Part shown: piece by piece, positions 49,160 to 61,890 of the stretch
Numbering within the stretch: the stretch's first letter is position 1
How the letters are laid out: each line of letters opens with the position of its first letter
Origin: Octopus vulgaris
Lineage: Eukaryota
NCBI GenBank assembly: GCA_951406725.2
Contig: OX597820.1
Coordinates: 14,632,001-14,696,000, forward strand
DNA length: 64,000 nucleotides
Direction: 5' to 3'
Translations under genes and position numbers: made by a program
Notes under the pieces: generated by a model
Seen by the model: only the letters and a program-made list of their open reading frames with translations
The model's database searches: none
What the model was told of the DNA's origin: nothing

Positions 49160-49873
49160 CCTTTGTTACCATATTTCTGTTGAGATGCTCTGTGTTTCTT
49201 TCAATTAATTTTTAAATATAACAAAGAATTTAGTAAAATAACTTTTTCACAATTTATATTCCTAACATTAGAGTAATGATAACTAAGGTTTGGTGGAAGA
49301 GTTTAATTCAGAACTTTTGAAAGCAAGACATTTGTATTCAGAACCAGAAGCAATTTCAGCCAGGTTGGTATCAAAAGGGTTAAGAAATGTTTCTCTATTA
49401 TATATTTTAACCCTTTTGTTACCATATTTCTGTTGAGATGCTCTGTGTTTCTTTTAATTAATTTTAAATATAACAAAGTATTTAGTAAAATAACTTGGTT
49501 ATCATTAAGCTAGTGTTAGGAACGTAAACTGTGACTAAGTTTTGGTGGAAGATTTTAATTCAGAACTTTTGAAAACAAGACGTCTGTACCATAGAACCAG
49601 AAGCAGTTCCAGCCAGGTTGGCATTAAAAGGGTTAAGAATTGTTAACCATTTTGCTACCATATTTCTGTTGAGATGCTCTGTGTTTCTTTCAATTAATTC
49701 TAAATATAACAAAGAATTTAGTAAAATAACAGTTATCATTAAGCTAGTGTTAGGAACATAATTTGTGGCTAAGGTTTGGTGGAAGATTTTAATTCAAAAC
49801 TTTTGAAAACAAGACATTTGTACCACAGAGCCAGTGGTGGTGGTTTCAGCTGGGTTGGTATCAAAAGGGTTAA
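49160..49873. mobile_element. Three tandem piggyBac-like MITEs (~220 bp each)
   Basis: Units 49160-49379, 49411-49632 and 49647-49869 with TIRs CCCTTTTGTTACCA / TGGTATCAAAAGGG and TTAA flanks. Confidence 0.85.
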
Positions 49874-50460
49874 GGTGAGAAGCTGGCAGAATTATTACAG
49901 CACCAGACAAAAAAGTGCTTAGTGGCATTTTTTTCCGACTTTACGTTCTGAGTTCAGATTCTGCTGGGGTTGACTTTACCTTTCATCCTTTCGGGGCCAA
50001 TAAAACAGACACCAGTCAACTGCTGCAGTTGATATAATTACCCCTCTCCTTGTAATTAACTAACCCCACTCCTTGTACCAAAATTTGAAACACTATGTTC
50101 TAATCGAAATTAATTAGCACAATCATAACTCTGATCTTAGTCTTTAATGAGCACAGCCTCTGGAACCCAGTATTCCAGGTTCACTAATCTGTGATATGAG
50201 ATTATGCTTATTGAATATGCACCATACTAAAAACTGTTTCAAAATATATTTTATTCATTTAGCACGGGTCTCTTTGTATCCCATTTGTGGCTTACTAATT
50301 CAATAAACTGATTAACACATATTGCATCAATGAAACAGTGAAACATTAAATTCCTGCAGGAAGAGAGCTACAGGGTTTGTGAGTTCAATTGTTGTATGGG
50401 GCCAATTTGGATTGGTTTCTTGGCCTTTAAGTTCAATTTGGTAGATGGAGACAGAGATAC

Positions 50461-50730
50461 CCTTCTCTCTCTCTCTCTTTCTCTTTCTCATCTGCCATTT
50501 TTTCTCTCCTCTCTCCTTTTTCCTTTCTCTTCCCTCTCTCCTTTCTATCCCCTCTCTTTCCTTTCTCTCTCCTCTCTTTCCTCTCTCCCCTCTCTCTCTC
50601 TCCTTTCCCTCCTCTGTTTCCTTTCTGTCCTCTTCTCTCTCTCCTTTCTCTTTCTTCCCTCTCTCCCCTCTCTCTCCTTTCTCTCCTGTCTCTCCCCTCC
50701 CTCTCTCCTTTCTCCCCTCCCCTCTCTTTC
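50461..50730. repeat. Long CT-rich polypyrimidine tract
   Basis: Direct reading. Confidence 0.9.
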
Positions 50731-51165
50731 ACAGGCATCAGTTGAAATTGTTCAATTTTTTTTTACTTTTGTATTTCATTTCCCGTTTTTGCTTTAACAA
50801 GATTTTAATATCACACAATGCTTCACCAAACTACTCTTCTAGTGTGTTTGTGTGTGTTGCACATGCTTGCAATGAGCGTATGTGCATGCACACATGTGTA
50901 TGTGTGCATGCATGTTTCTGTCACTTTGTTGTGACATTTGTGTTATTGTTCTAAATGAAAGTCATTCATTTCCAATCTTTTGCAAAAACATGTCTGGCCA
51001 TGAAGAAATATTACCTTATGTGGAAACGGGTGACAGGAAAGGCGTCCAGCAGTAGGAACTCTGCCTTCAGTTCCATCTGACCCGTGCAAGAATGAGAAAA
51101 TGGAACTTGGGAGTCATGATAATGATGATGATACAGTGTTGCTCTGGGAAATAAATCTGGGAAAA

Positions 51166-51330
51166 TATTTCTTTATTGTCCACAAGGGGCTAAACATAGA
51201 GGGGACAAACAAGGACAGACAAAGGGATTAAGCAGATTACATTGACCCCAGTGCGAAACTGGTACTTTATTTATCGACCCCGAAAGGATGAAAAGCAAAG
51301 TCGACTTCAGCAGAATTTGAACGACAGACA
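51166..51330 (-). mobile_element. SINE family B 3' part
   Basis: TATTTCTTTATTGTCCACAAGGGGCTAAAC..CGACCCCGAAAGGATGAAA. Confidence 0.8.
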
Positions 51331-51586
51331 AAATCTCGTTTCCTGAGCCCCTGAATCATAGGGACATAAACAAACCAACACTAATTGTCACGCAGTATGC
51401 AGATTGTGTCATCAAACACATACACACGCATCGTAAAAGCAAATAAGCATAGCAAATAATTATACTGTTTTATCTGGACAAACGTTGATTGGAGTTTCAA
51501 GCTTGTTGATGTATTTTATGTACAAAGCATATCTGTTCAAAACTTGATGAAATATTTAAATGCATCGAATGACATTATTTACTTAT

Positions 51587-51827
51587 GGTTCTATATTTGA
51601 GAGTTGAGGAATTATGTATATTATTTACATTTGACGGATATCTTTCCTCATCTTGTTCATTGTTAAAACAACGTTTCAGCTGATATGCCCTCCAGCCTGG
51701 GGGAATTTTGAACCTAAGGTATTTTTCCAATGTTGTTATTATTATTCAGGTCACTGCCTAGAATCGAACTCGGTATCTTGGGGTTAGTAGCTCGCATTCT
51801 TAACCACTATGCCATATGCCTGTGGGC
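51587..51827 (-). mobile_element. Second copy of the hammerhead-bearing tRNA SINE (CTGATGA deleted)
   Basis: Minus strand: GGCATATGGCATAGTGGTTAAG..GAGTTCGATTC..(AAT)n..GGCTGGAGGGCATATCAGCTGAAACGTTGTT..AAATATAGAAC. Confidence 0.75.
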
Positions 51828-52304
51828 AATAATGGAGTGAATTTTAGGGCTTATAAATCTAATATTTTCCTTTCCTTAATACCAGTTCCCATATGCTACT
51901 CATATCTTCACTTGGTCTGCTTAGGAGGTTATTATGTCCTTGCATATGTTCTGCCTCTTTTGTTTGCGTATTTTCCAGTAGTGTTCTCTACCTATTATTT
52001 TAACTTCATCCCAAGTTATTTACTTTCTAGAAATAAGTCTTTTGAAAAAATTCATTGTGTCTAGGGAGAGCCATCATGCCAATATGATTAAAACACACAC
52101 ACACTGATTCAATTCCACTCATTTATTAAATATCCGATTGTTTTTTTGTCAAAGCTCTTTTCTTGGTTTTTACAAGCTTCTCAATGACTGTCAACTCTGT
52201 CTGTTATGCATGCAGCAAAATTTGTTTCAACACACAAATCCACATAAAGAATCTTGCAAACCAGATACAAAAACGAACTAGAATAAGCTCTTTTAAAAAT
52301 GTTG

Positions 52305-52335
<31 letters not shown>

Positions 52336-52339
<4 letters not shown>

Positions 52340-52553
52340 AGAGGATGCTGGAAAGTCCCTGGCTTTGGGTAAAAGAACATAGAAGAGGGTCGGTTAATTA
52401 TGATTTTATACAACATATTCCCCTCTAAATCTACACACTTATTGCAGTAGTCCTTCAGTTTTTCTAAGCCCTGTAAAAGAACTCAGAAGATTGGGCCTCC
52501 AAGCAGGCCTTTCACGATACCCTTAAAATCAGGAACTTTTCAGCACACCCTCG
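52336..52553 (-). mobile_element. mariner-derived MITE retaining the transposase C-terminus
   Basis: Imperfect TIRs GAGGATGCTGGAAAGTCCCTGG / TCAGGAACTTTTCAGCACACCCTCG; minus strand QGLEKLKDYCNKCVDLEGEYVV* resembles mariner C-termini. Confidence 0.75.
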
Positions 52554-52839
52554 TGTATGTATGTGTGTGTGTGTACAATGACCTCGAACCCACAAGACTA
52601 AACAAGAGAGACAGAGACAGGCAGAAACAAGGAAAATGCCCCTTGTATTTGAATACTATACAAATATTCTTTTTAAAAACTTTTCTTTTAATTTTTCCAA
52701 AATTTAATTGTTTTCCATACTTACTGTTGAAAAAGTCTCAATGACTGAAACTGGTACTGAAATGTTTTTTATAAAATTATTTTAGGATTTTCTCTCTTGA
52801 TTTTTTTTCCATCTATATATATATATATTTACACACACA

Positions 52840-52977
52840 CCGTATTTTAACGTGTATAAGGAACCCTTTTTTGTCAAAAATATGGTTAAAAAATATGGGA
52901 GTTTCTTATACATGGATAGTATTATAATCCCTTACAAAATATTTTATCCAAATTTTAAGCCCCCAAAATTAGGGTTA
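52840..52977. mobile_element. Partial pogo/Tigger-like MITE (same family as 10910-11072)
   Basis: CCGTATTTTAACGTGTATAAGG TIR and internal identity in reverse orientation. Confidence 0.75.
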
Positions 52978-54929
52978 TTGGAGTGATTCTGCACCCTTTA
53001 TATACGATATATATTGCTGGCATACACACACACACACACACACACTTACACAAACATGCATATAATTTACATTTACATTTGCCTACACACACACAGTACA
53101 GTTTCTGTACAGTTTCCATCTATGAAATTCACTTACAAGGCATTGATTGGTGCAGGGCTATATAGTAAAAAAAAAACATTTGCCCCAGGGGCCATGCTGC
53201 GGGATTGAACCTGAAACCACATGGGGGCAAAATGAGTGTCTTAACCACACAACCATGCCTCTGTCTTCACTTAGAGACAGAATATCACTCCATTACTTAT
53301 AAGAAATCACTCTGTAATAGTCTCTCTTCTCTTTTCTTCTTTACTAAATTTACTACTGTAGCATCTACTTTATTTTTGTTCTTTTTTTTGTTTTGTTCTT
53401 TTTTTGTTTTGTTTTGTTTTTTGTAAAAGGTTGGTGTTAGGTGAGGGGGGGATGGGGCTTAAATAAATGGTGCTTTTGCGGTTAAGTTAATTGCCTGTAG
53501 TCATGGTTGTGGTTTTAACTTAACTACTGGTTACGGTCCTAGTTGGACATCCTTGGTGTAGCTGTCGGCGATGGTGATGATGTTTTTCCTTGGTGCTAGT
53601 AACAATTGTACTGGTGTGTGTGTGTCACATCAGTGATGATGATGATAATAGTATTGGTGGTGGTGGTGGTGTTGAGGAGTGATTCCCCCCCCCCGCCTCC
53701 AGCAGTGGTGGTTGTGGCTATAGTTTTATATTTCATGCTATTATTTGCACTGTAATGACTGCGGCGGTCAGGAATGTTTGAGGTGTTTTCAGAGCCGTAA
53801 ATTGTGATACATTGTGTAATTATTAACGACTGCTCTTTTTCCTTCAAACTTTGTCTAAAAGTACATGCTGCCTGTTGGCGGCAGCGATGGCAGCGGCGGC
53901 AGTGCTTCCTTGATGTTTGTGGGCAGTCAGAGCAATGGAGTGTGTGTGTGTACGTGCGAGCGAGAGAGATATCCGGCAGTGGCAATAGTTGTGTGTTTAT
54001 GCGTGTGTATGTATGTGTGCATGTGTGTGTGTCTGTGTTATTTAGTTCCAGGTCAAGTATGGTCAAGCAGATCTATGATCAAAGGCATTCCAGCTCTTGC
54101 CATTCCTGTCTTTCGTCCAGACACAGTCTGTCTGTCTGTCTACTTTGGTCTGCACTGTCCAATGTGTTCATTTGCCGTTTGAAGATGTTACAGTATGTTT
54201 TGTCATAATTTTTGACTGCTATTTCTAATAGGTTGCACAACCATGTACTCTCCCTCACTAACTTATGTATGTATGTATGTATGTGCATATGTATGTATGT
54301 ATGTATGCATCTATTTATGTATGTATGCATGCATGCATACATACATAAAGATGTGTAGTATATAGTGTGATATGCATTTGTTCAGCAATGCTAGCAAACC
54401 CCCTTGCTTACAGCTTGTTGTTGCTTCACCCTCAAAATTGTGACTGCTAGCTGTCAGGGCAAAGGGTGACCAAAGATGGGTAAAACCTCCTCCCAAATGC
54501 AGGAGGCAGTTGTACATTATTTTGTCTGTTATGTTCTGAGTTCAAATGCCGCCAAGGTCTACTTTACCATTCATCATTTTGGGATCGATAAGTACCAGTT
54601 ATCACCCTTGTAGTGAAGTGGGAGGCAGTGTACTGTATGAGTTTTCCCTGTCAGAACACAGCTTCACTCTCACCGACACTCCTGGATACAAGCTTTCCTT
54701 CATGTGGCCACACACATTAATTAGTTCAATTGCAAGCCCCCTGGTTAAGGATTTCAGAGCAGCAATTGGCCACAGAGATACCATGTGCAGGCCTACCCTG
54801 GTGATTATGCCCTGGCATTTAATGAGCCCCTACCATGATGCTTTGTGGGTGAGTTTAGTAAACAAAAATCTTGGGTAAGATATCCTAAGAAGTAAAGAAG
54901 CTGAAGTGAGCAGTATTAAGACTGTTTCT

Positions 54930-55093
54930 TGTTTCTTTATTGCCCACAAGGGACTAAATATAGAAGGGACAGACAAAGGGATTAAATTGATTAGATCGAC
55001 TCCAGTGCATAACTGGTACTTAATTTATCGACCCTGAAAGGATGAAAGGTAAAGTTGACCTTGGTGGAATTTGAACTCAGAATGTAACAGACA
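54930..55093 (-). mobile_element. SINE family B 3' part
   Basis: TTTCTTTATTGCCCACAAGG..GGAATTTGAACTCAG. Confidence 0.8.
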
Positions 55094-55352
55094 AAGGAGG
55101 TTTTACTCATCTTTGGTCACCCTTTGCCCTGACCGCTAGCAGTCACTACTTTGAGGTTTTATAGATGAGGCCAGGAGGTCAAAATCTTGGAAAGAACCAC
55201 CTGAGGGGTAACTGAAGCTGTGGCAACCAGTTTGTTTCTGACAGACGATATTTCCAGCAACTTCATGCATTTTGGGAGGTTTTACTCAACTTGGGTAACT
55301 CTTGCCCCAAGATCTGTCACTCCTTTAGTGAAGATAGAATACTATAATATAA

Positions 55353-55722
55353 TCTATATATATAAACGGCAAAATGTCTGTCTGTGTGTGTGTGTATCCT
55401 TTATACAAATCCACAATTTTTCAGTTAGAGGGCTCGCACTTTCTATGGTCATTCAAAACCATCCAAGGGTGGTCGTGCACATCTTTACATTTCCCCAGTC
55501 ACCCCACAAAGCCATTAAAAAATCAATAGAAATGACTTTTTTGTGAATTTTCTATCCAAAACCCAATCAAAATGCCCAAAACTTGATACGCCAATTGAAT
55601 GCCAGCTAGCTGTATGTGATTGGTTGGAGATTTGGACAGTACTCGCGTGTATGTGCGCATGCACGCAGCTGTATATGCATGCACTAGCACTATGACCCAG
55701 TGTTGCCGGGTCATAGTGCTAG
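55353..55722 (+). mobile_element. Non-autonomous Helitron
   Basis: A|TCTATATATATAAA 5' end, (TCTG)/(TG)n after the start, 3' GC hairpin and CTAG|T terminus. Confidence 0.75.
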
Positions 55723-56703
55723 TATACTATAATATAATATAAAGCTTTGTTACATAGACACCTTCCTCAGTAATGTGGATCATGGCTCTTGTCTCACAGG
55801 AATCCTTGTTATCATTAAAGTGACCAGAGTATCGTGTGCTTCTGCAACAATAAAATTCTTCATTTCCGTAACCTGTAAGTTCCTCACTTGAGAGGACACC
55901 AAGCAGAAATAGTTATAGGTCAGTGTAGAAATATCTGCAATTCTCTGACCATTTACGAGACAGCATTTTCCATAGCTGCTGCTTTTTAAGAATTACAGTC
56001 ATTGAAGGATTCCATAGTTGAAAAATATGATCATTATGGGATTTGATGGACAACCATAAGTGAGTAAGCATGGTTGTATGTGTGCGTGGTTTGCCATATA
56101 TGAATATATGAATGAATTTTGCTGTGTATACGTGTGTTTGTTTTGCTATACATGTATGTATGTATTTTGCTATATATTTCTGTATGTTTGTTAGCATGAA
56201 GATACACCCTTCTATAAAATCTTTTTGCCTTAAGTTAACTTTGTGCACATGTAGTATGCATGAGGCCTATGGAAAGGTGGTACAGAATGCATGTCATACC
56301 CAAGCCCAGTAATTTCCTGGGACCTCATACAATGTTTTACCGTATTTGTATATATATATATAGATAGATAGATAGATATAAAGGAATACAAAAAATGGGA
56401 CAAGAACACAAAACATCCAGACAAATGTTACAAAAAAGGGACTACAAAATATCTAGACAGATGGTGCAAAAATGGGTCATTCGGAGTTTTCTTTCCTCAG
56501 TTGAGTTCTAAATTATCTTTGCAATTTCGGGTGGTTATACTCGATAGTGCTCCAATCTGGCCAGCCCCAAGGAAAAACTAAGCTAAGAGCACTAGATTCC
56601 TTGGAAGAATGTATATGAAAACAAGAACGGAAAAAAAAAAAAATGGAGAAATGGTATACAAATACAAATGCAAATAACAGGACATTAACAACAGATGTCT
56701 TTC

Positions 56704-56743
<40 letters not shown>

Positions 56744-57773
56744 ACCCATGCTAGAATGGAAAACGGACGTTAAACGACGATGATGATGATGATATATATG
56801 TGTGTGTGTGTGGTAAACATGTTCATCGCAGAAAGGGGGCTTGGTAAAATTCAGCTCAGGGGCTTTATGTATACAGAAACACACACACACACATACTCAT
56901 ATACTAACTAATACATGCTGACCTGACATTTATGCACATGTACACACTCATTACACATTATGACATGCAAAGGACTTCCTCATAGTTTCCATTTACTAAA
57001 TTCTCTCAAGTTATTGGATGACATACTGGCATCGTGACTGTTGGTGTAAGCCAATGTGTCTATGCAGATATTCTGTATCGTCTTTGTTGTCATCATCATC
57101 ATCATCATCATCATCATCACCATAATTGTCATCATCACCATGTCCATTTTTCCTTGCTTGCATGGGAGGGGTGGAGTTTATTGAATAGATTTTCTATAGC
57201 CGGATGCCCCTCCTGTTGCCAACCCCCAACTCCTTTCAAATAAGGTGAGATTTTGCAATGGCCACGCATGTCCTTGTAGAATGTTGGAAATGAATGACAC
57301 TGCTTTTATGACAGTCACATTCATTTATGATTATCACATGATATGAAGACAAGCAGACACAGTGATTAGAGAATCAGGCTTACAATCATGTAGTTGTGAG
57401 TTCAATTCCCAGAGCAGGCTGTGTGTTGTGTTCTTGAGCAAGACACTCTATTTCATGCTGCTCCACTCAGCTGTAGAAATGAGTTGCGATGTCACTGGTG
57501 CACACTTGTGTATACATCAAGCTTCTTTCAGTTTCCATCTCACGAATCCACTCACAAAGGCTTTGGTCCACTTCGGACTAACACTTTCTCCCCCAAAGTG
57601 CCATGCAGTGGGATTGAACCTGCACCCATGTGTCTGACAAGCAAACTTCTTAACCCTACAGCCACGTTTGTGGTGGGTGTGTGTCTGTATAATTATGAAT
57701 CTGTAAAACCCTCTTCCACTATTTTGCTTCTATAATAAAGTCCCATTTCATTCTACTCCTGCGACCCTTACAG

Positions 57774-57858
57774 AATACCTTCTGGTCTGCCTTGCTGTGC
57801 TGCCCATCTTCTCATGAGGGTGATGTATGGTCCTGGACCAATAGGATTACCGCTTCAG
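57774..57858 (+). other. Candidate 85-nt host exon (could encode MRVMYGPGPIGLPLQ, phase-0 end)
   Basis: Pyrimidine-rich acceptor ..CCCTTACAG|, perfect donor CAG|GTAAGT, unique GC-richer sequence, two open frames. Confidence 0.45.
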
Positions 57859-58387
57859 GTAAGTCATATTTTACATTTTGGATTTCATTCTTTATTTTTT
57901 TTTGGATTATTTTTATTATTAACATGAATGGACTACCATAACGTCGAAGAAGGTAAGAATCTTGTTGCACCTGCAACTCAGGTGTCACTAATAACCTTGA
58001 TGTTGTTATTGTTGTTTGTTAGCCATGAGGTAACTCTAAACGAACATTCCAATCTTCTCTTGGGTATTATGTATTGTAGACAACATTTGACATTGTCCAA
58101 AGTGTCCCTCCTTTTCCCAGGTGACAGAGTGTTGGCCTGCTGTTTTTAGCAGGTCGTGGGACCATATACACAGTCACTCATTGTTATAAACCCAAACTCA
58201 AACATCAGAGTTTAAAAGGTTTTAATCGACTAAAAATACAGCAATATACAATACAAACAAAAATTGCTAAATTGTAAGCAAAACCAAACTTCAAAGCAAT
58301 AACATTTTTTATGCAGTGAGTTGCTACATTCTCGACTAACTAAAATCGATGCTGAACATGTCGTGCCGCAAACAAATCTCCGCACAA

Positions 58388-58468
58388 TTTGAACTCAGAA
58401 CTTAGCGGCAGACAGAATACCACTAAGCATTTCGCCCGACATGCTAACAACTCTGCCAGCTCGCCGCC

Positions 58469-58470
<2 letters not shown>
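58388..58470 (-). mobile_element. SINE family B head
   Basis: TTTGAACTCAGAAC..CTCTGCCAGCTCGCCGCC. Confidence 0.7.
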
Positions 58471-58519
<49 letters not shown>

Positions 58520-59143
58520 TGGACAGAGGGTGAGGTACAGGTTTAAGTATGTGATTATGTGTGTGTGTGTGTCTGTGTATATGTCTGACTGTACATACAT
58601 ATGCTTGTTTCACATGGATATCAGTAAATCAATCTCTGTGTGTGTATGTGTAACTCCATGCATCTATGTGCCTTTCGCTAATTGAACACATGTATATGTC
58701 TATGAATGAGTGTCAGAAAATGTAAACGATCTTGTGCGTAGAGAGGGGGATGGGATAGATCAGAGGGGGGTGCATACAGGGAGAGAGAAAGAAGGAAAGA
58801 AAGAGGGGGAGATTAAAGAAAGAAAGGGAGTGAGGAGACAATGCTGAGTCAGCCCGTCCAGTGCACTGTGTGTGTGTCTTTGAGAGCAGTAACTGCTAAC
58901 AAGTTGAATTGCACACACACACACAAGCACACACTCACAGGCACACATGCGTGTACGTGCAAGTACAAGGTGCAGCTATGAAAGATGACTGACGTCGGTG
59001 AAGCGAGAGGAAAGTTTGACGTGTTTGAAGCAATAACAACTGCAAATGAATCTCATCATAGCCACCATTTTGCATTGAGAATCGGAAGGCATTAACAAAT
59101 TAACAAAGAAATGGAACTAATGTGTGTATATATATACATACGT

Positions 59144-59450
59144 GGAGGCGCAATGGCCCAGTGGTTAGGGCAGCGGACTCGCGGTCGTACAATCGCGGTT
59201 TCGATTCCCAGACCGGGCGTTGTGAGTGTTTATTGAGCGGAAACACCTGAAGCTCCACGAGGCTCCGGCAGGGGGTGGTGGTGATCCCTGCTCTAATCTT
59301 TCACCACTCCTTCTCCCACTCTTTCTTCTGTTGGCCTGCTCGCTTAGCCAGCGGGGTGGCGTCATTCGAAGGCTAAAACAATGCGAACGCATTGTGACCA
59401 GCGATGTGTAACAACATCTGATGGTCTGGTCGGTCCCGTGATCCCGTGAT
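59144..59450 (+). mobile_element. Young tRNA-derived SINE family C
   Basis: A box TGGCCCAGTGG, B box GGTTTCGATTCC, CpG-rich body, (CCCGTGAT)2 end inside (TA)n. Confidence 0.8.
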
Positions 59451-59671
59451 ATATATATATATATATATATGCATACACATATATACACACACATATATGA
59501 TTCGTATTATGCAAAAAAACAAGACAGAGACAGGTGAGGGAACAACAAACAACGTGTGTGTGTGTATATGTATATATAAAAGTGTATGTATACATATAAA
59601 ACGTATGTATATATATATAAAAGTGCATGTATGCATAAATATAGAAAATGTGTGTTTATGCGTATGTATAT

Positions 59672-59881
59672 ATCTCTTTACTCTTTTACTTGTGTCAGTC
59701 ATGTGACTGCGGTCACGCTGGGGCACCGTCTTTAGTTGAGCAAATCGGCCCCAAGACTTATTCTTTGTAAGCATAGTACTTGTTCTATTGGTCTCTTTTG
59801 CCGAACCGCTAAGTAACGGGGACGTAAACACACCAGCATCAGTTGTCAAGCGATGTTGGGGGGACAAACACAGACACACAA

Positions 59882-59929
<48 letters not shown>

Positions 59930-60080
59930 GACGGGCTTCTTTCAGTTTCCGTCTAACAAATCCACTCACAAAGCTTTGGTCGGCCTTAGGCTATAGTAGA
60001 AGAGGTGCCAGGCAGTGGGAATGAACTCAAGACCATGTGGTCGGTAAGCAAGCTACTTACCACACAGCCACTCCTGCTCC
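59672..60080 (-). mobile_element. Full-length SINE family A
   Basis: Reverse complement of the consensus. Confidence 0.88.
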
Positions 60081-60211
60081 TAAATATATAGACAAGTATA
60101 TGGAAAAAACAGTTGTGAGGGCATAGCACAAGCGGTGTGTTGATAAGATGGTCATATAAATGTATGTATGCATAAATATATAATATATATATATATATCA
60201 TCATTTAATAC

Positions 60212-60445
60212 CTATTTCTTTACTACCCACAAGGGGCTAAACATAGAAGGGACAAACAAGGACAGACAAACGGATTAAGTCGATTACATCGACCCCCAGT
60301 GCGTAACTGGTACTTAATTTATCGACCCCGAAAGGATGAAAGGCAAAGTCAACCTCGGCGGAATTTGAACTCAGAATGTAACGGCAGACGAAATACGGCT
60401 AGGCATTTCGCCCGGTGTGCTAACGATTCTGCCAGCTCGCCGCCC
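60212..60445 (-). mobile_element. Full-length SINE family B
   Basis: CTATTTCTTTACTACCCACAAGGGG..TCTGCCAGCTCGCCGCC. Confidence 0.9.
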
Positions 60446-60773
60446 TTGCCATGTTGGCATGAGTGTGTCTGTGTGTATATATATATATATACTTGCACAA
60501 GCACATATACACACACATACACAGTTTCCTTTATCAACAGCTGTCTATCCATACACAACACCAGACATTTCTACCATTTTGTCCACTCATCAATCTTACA
60601 ATATTACATTCATATTATGATGTAAGCTTTAAGAAACCATGTGAGCTGCTTGACGTTGCAATAATGGGAGAGAATTGTCAATGGAAACAAGTCACTCCAC
60701 TGTTTTCAGTGAAGGCAAGAAATGGAAGTTGAGTCATTCATGCTCTTTCCAAGCATGGTCATTAGGGCTTCCC

Positions 60774-60809
<36 letters not shown>

Positions 60810-60837
60810 GTATGTATATATATATATATATATATAT

Positions 60838-61370
60838 TTGTTTCAGTCAATTGACTGTGGCCATGCTGGAGCACCACATTTATTCAAACAATTTGATCCC
60901 AGAACTTATTCTTTGCAAGCCTAGCACTTATTCTATCGGTCTCTTCTGCCAAATCGCTAAGTTACGGGGCACGTAAACACACCAGCATCAGTATACACTC
61001 ACCATCAAGCGATGGTGAGGGTACACACATATACAACAGGCTTCTTTCAGTTTCCGTCTACCAAATCTACTCAGAAGGCTTTGATCAGCCCGAGCAAGTG
61101 TCTTCTACTATAGCCCTTGTGAGTGAATGAACCTGGTAGATGGAAAATGTGTGGAAATCTGTTGTTCACATGTGTGTGTTTGTGTCTTGTCTCCATTGAC
61201 CACTTGACAACCAGTGCTGGTTTGTTTACATCCCTGTAACTTAGCATTTTGGCAAAAGTGTCTGAAAAAAGCTACGTAGGAAACTTTAAAAAAACAATTA
61301 CTGCTGTCTATTTGTTTTACCTTCAAAGTGGTGCCCCAGCATGACCACAGTTCACAGTGACTGAAACAAG
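60838..61370. mobile_element. Two 5'-truncated SINE A copies fused head-to-head
   Basis: Minus copy ~60838-61093 abuts plus copy ~61094-61370. Confidence 0.7.
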
Positions 61371-61749
61371 CACCAAAGAAAGAAAGATTCTGATATATGT
61401 TCCACCCTAATTTCTTCGACCATCCACTTCGTTCCACTTGCTCGCAGAACAAATAGGATAATCGCTGCAATTTGCATTTGAGGCTATTTCATTTTAGTTT
61501 TGTCTGTTTTTTCCTTCCTCCCTTCAAACTTCATTGGATCTTCAACATGAATGCTTCATTTCTTTTGCCTATAAAAACTTGTTTTAAATGTTCATTATAT
61601 CCAGTTTTATATACTTTGTAGCCATTTATTTATTTTATATTATTATTATTTTTATTATAGCTACTTTACAAACTTCTTAAAAAAAACGCTATTCTTTTGT
61701 GGTTTTTGTTTTTATGTCTCATGGTTTTTGTGTTTAAATTATTTTTGGA

Positions 61750-61857
61750 TGTGTATGTGTGTATATATTTGTACGTATGTGTACACATCTGTGTGTGTGT
61801 ATATGTGTGTTTGTGTGTGCATGTATATATATATATGTGTATGTGTGTATATATAAA

Positions 61858-61890
<33 letters not shown>

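Noticed and set aside
53596-54208. Overlapping 105-156 aa ORFs in a GC-richer island
   Set aside because: They run through (TG)n and (GGCAGC)n repeats with no recognisable domain; the island may be regulatory but is not supported as a CDS
59144-59220. tRNA gene
   Set aside because: No proper acceptor stem or Pol III terminator; continues into a SINE-like body
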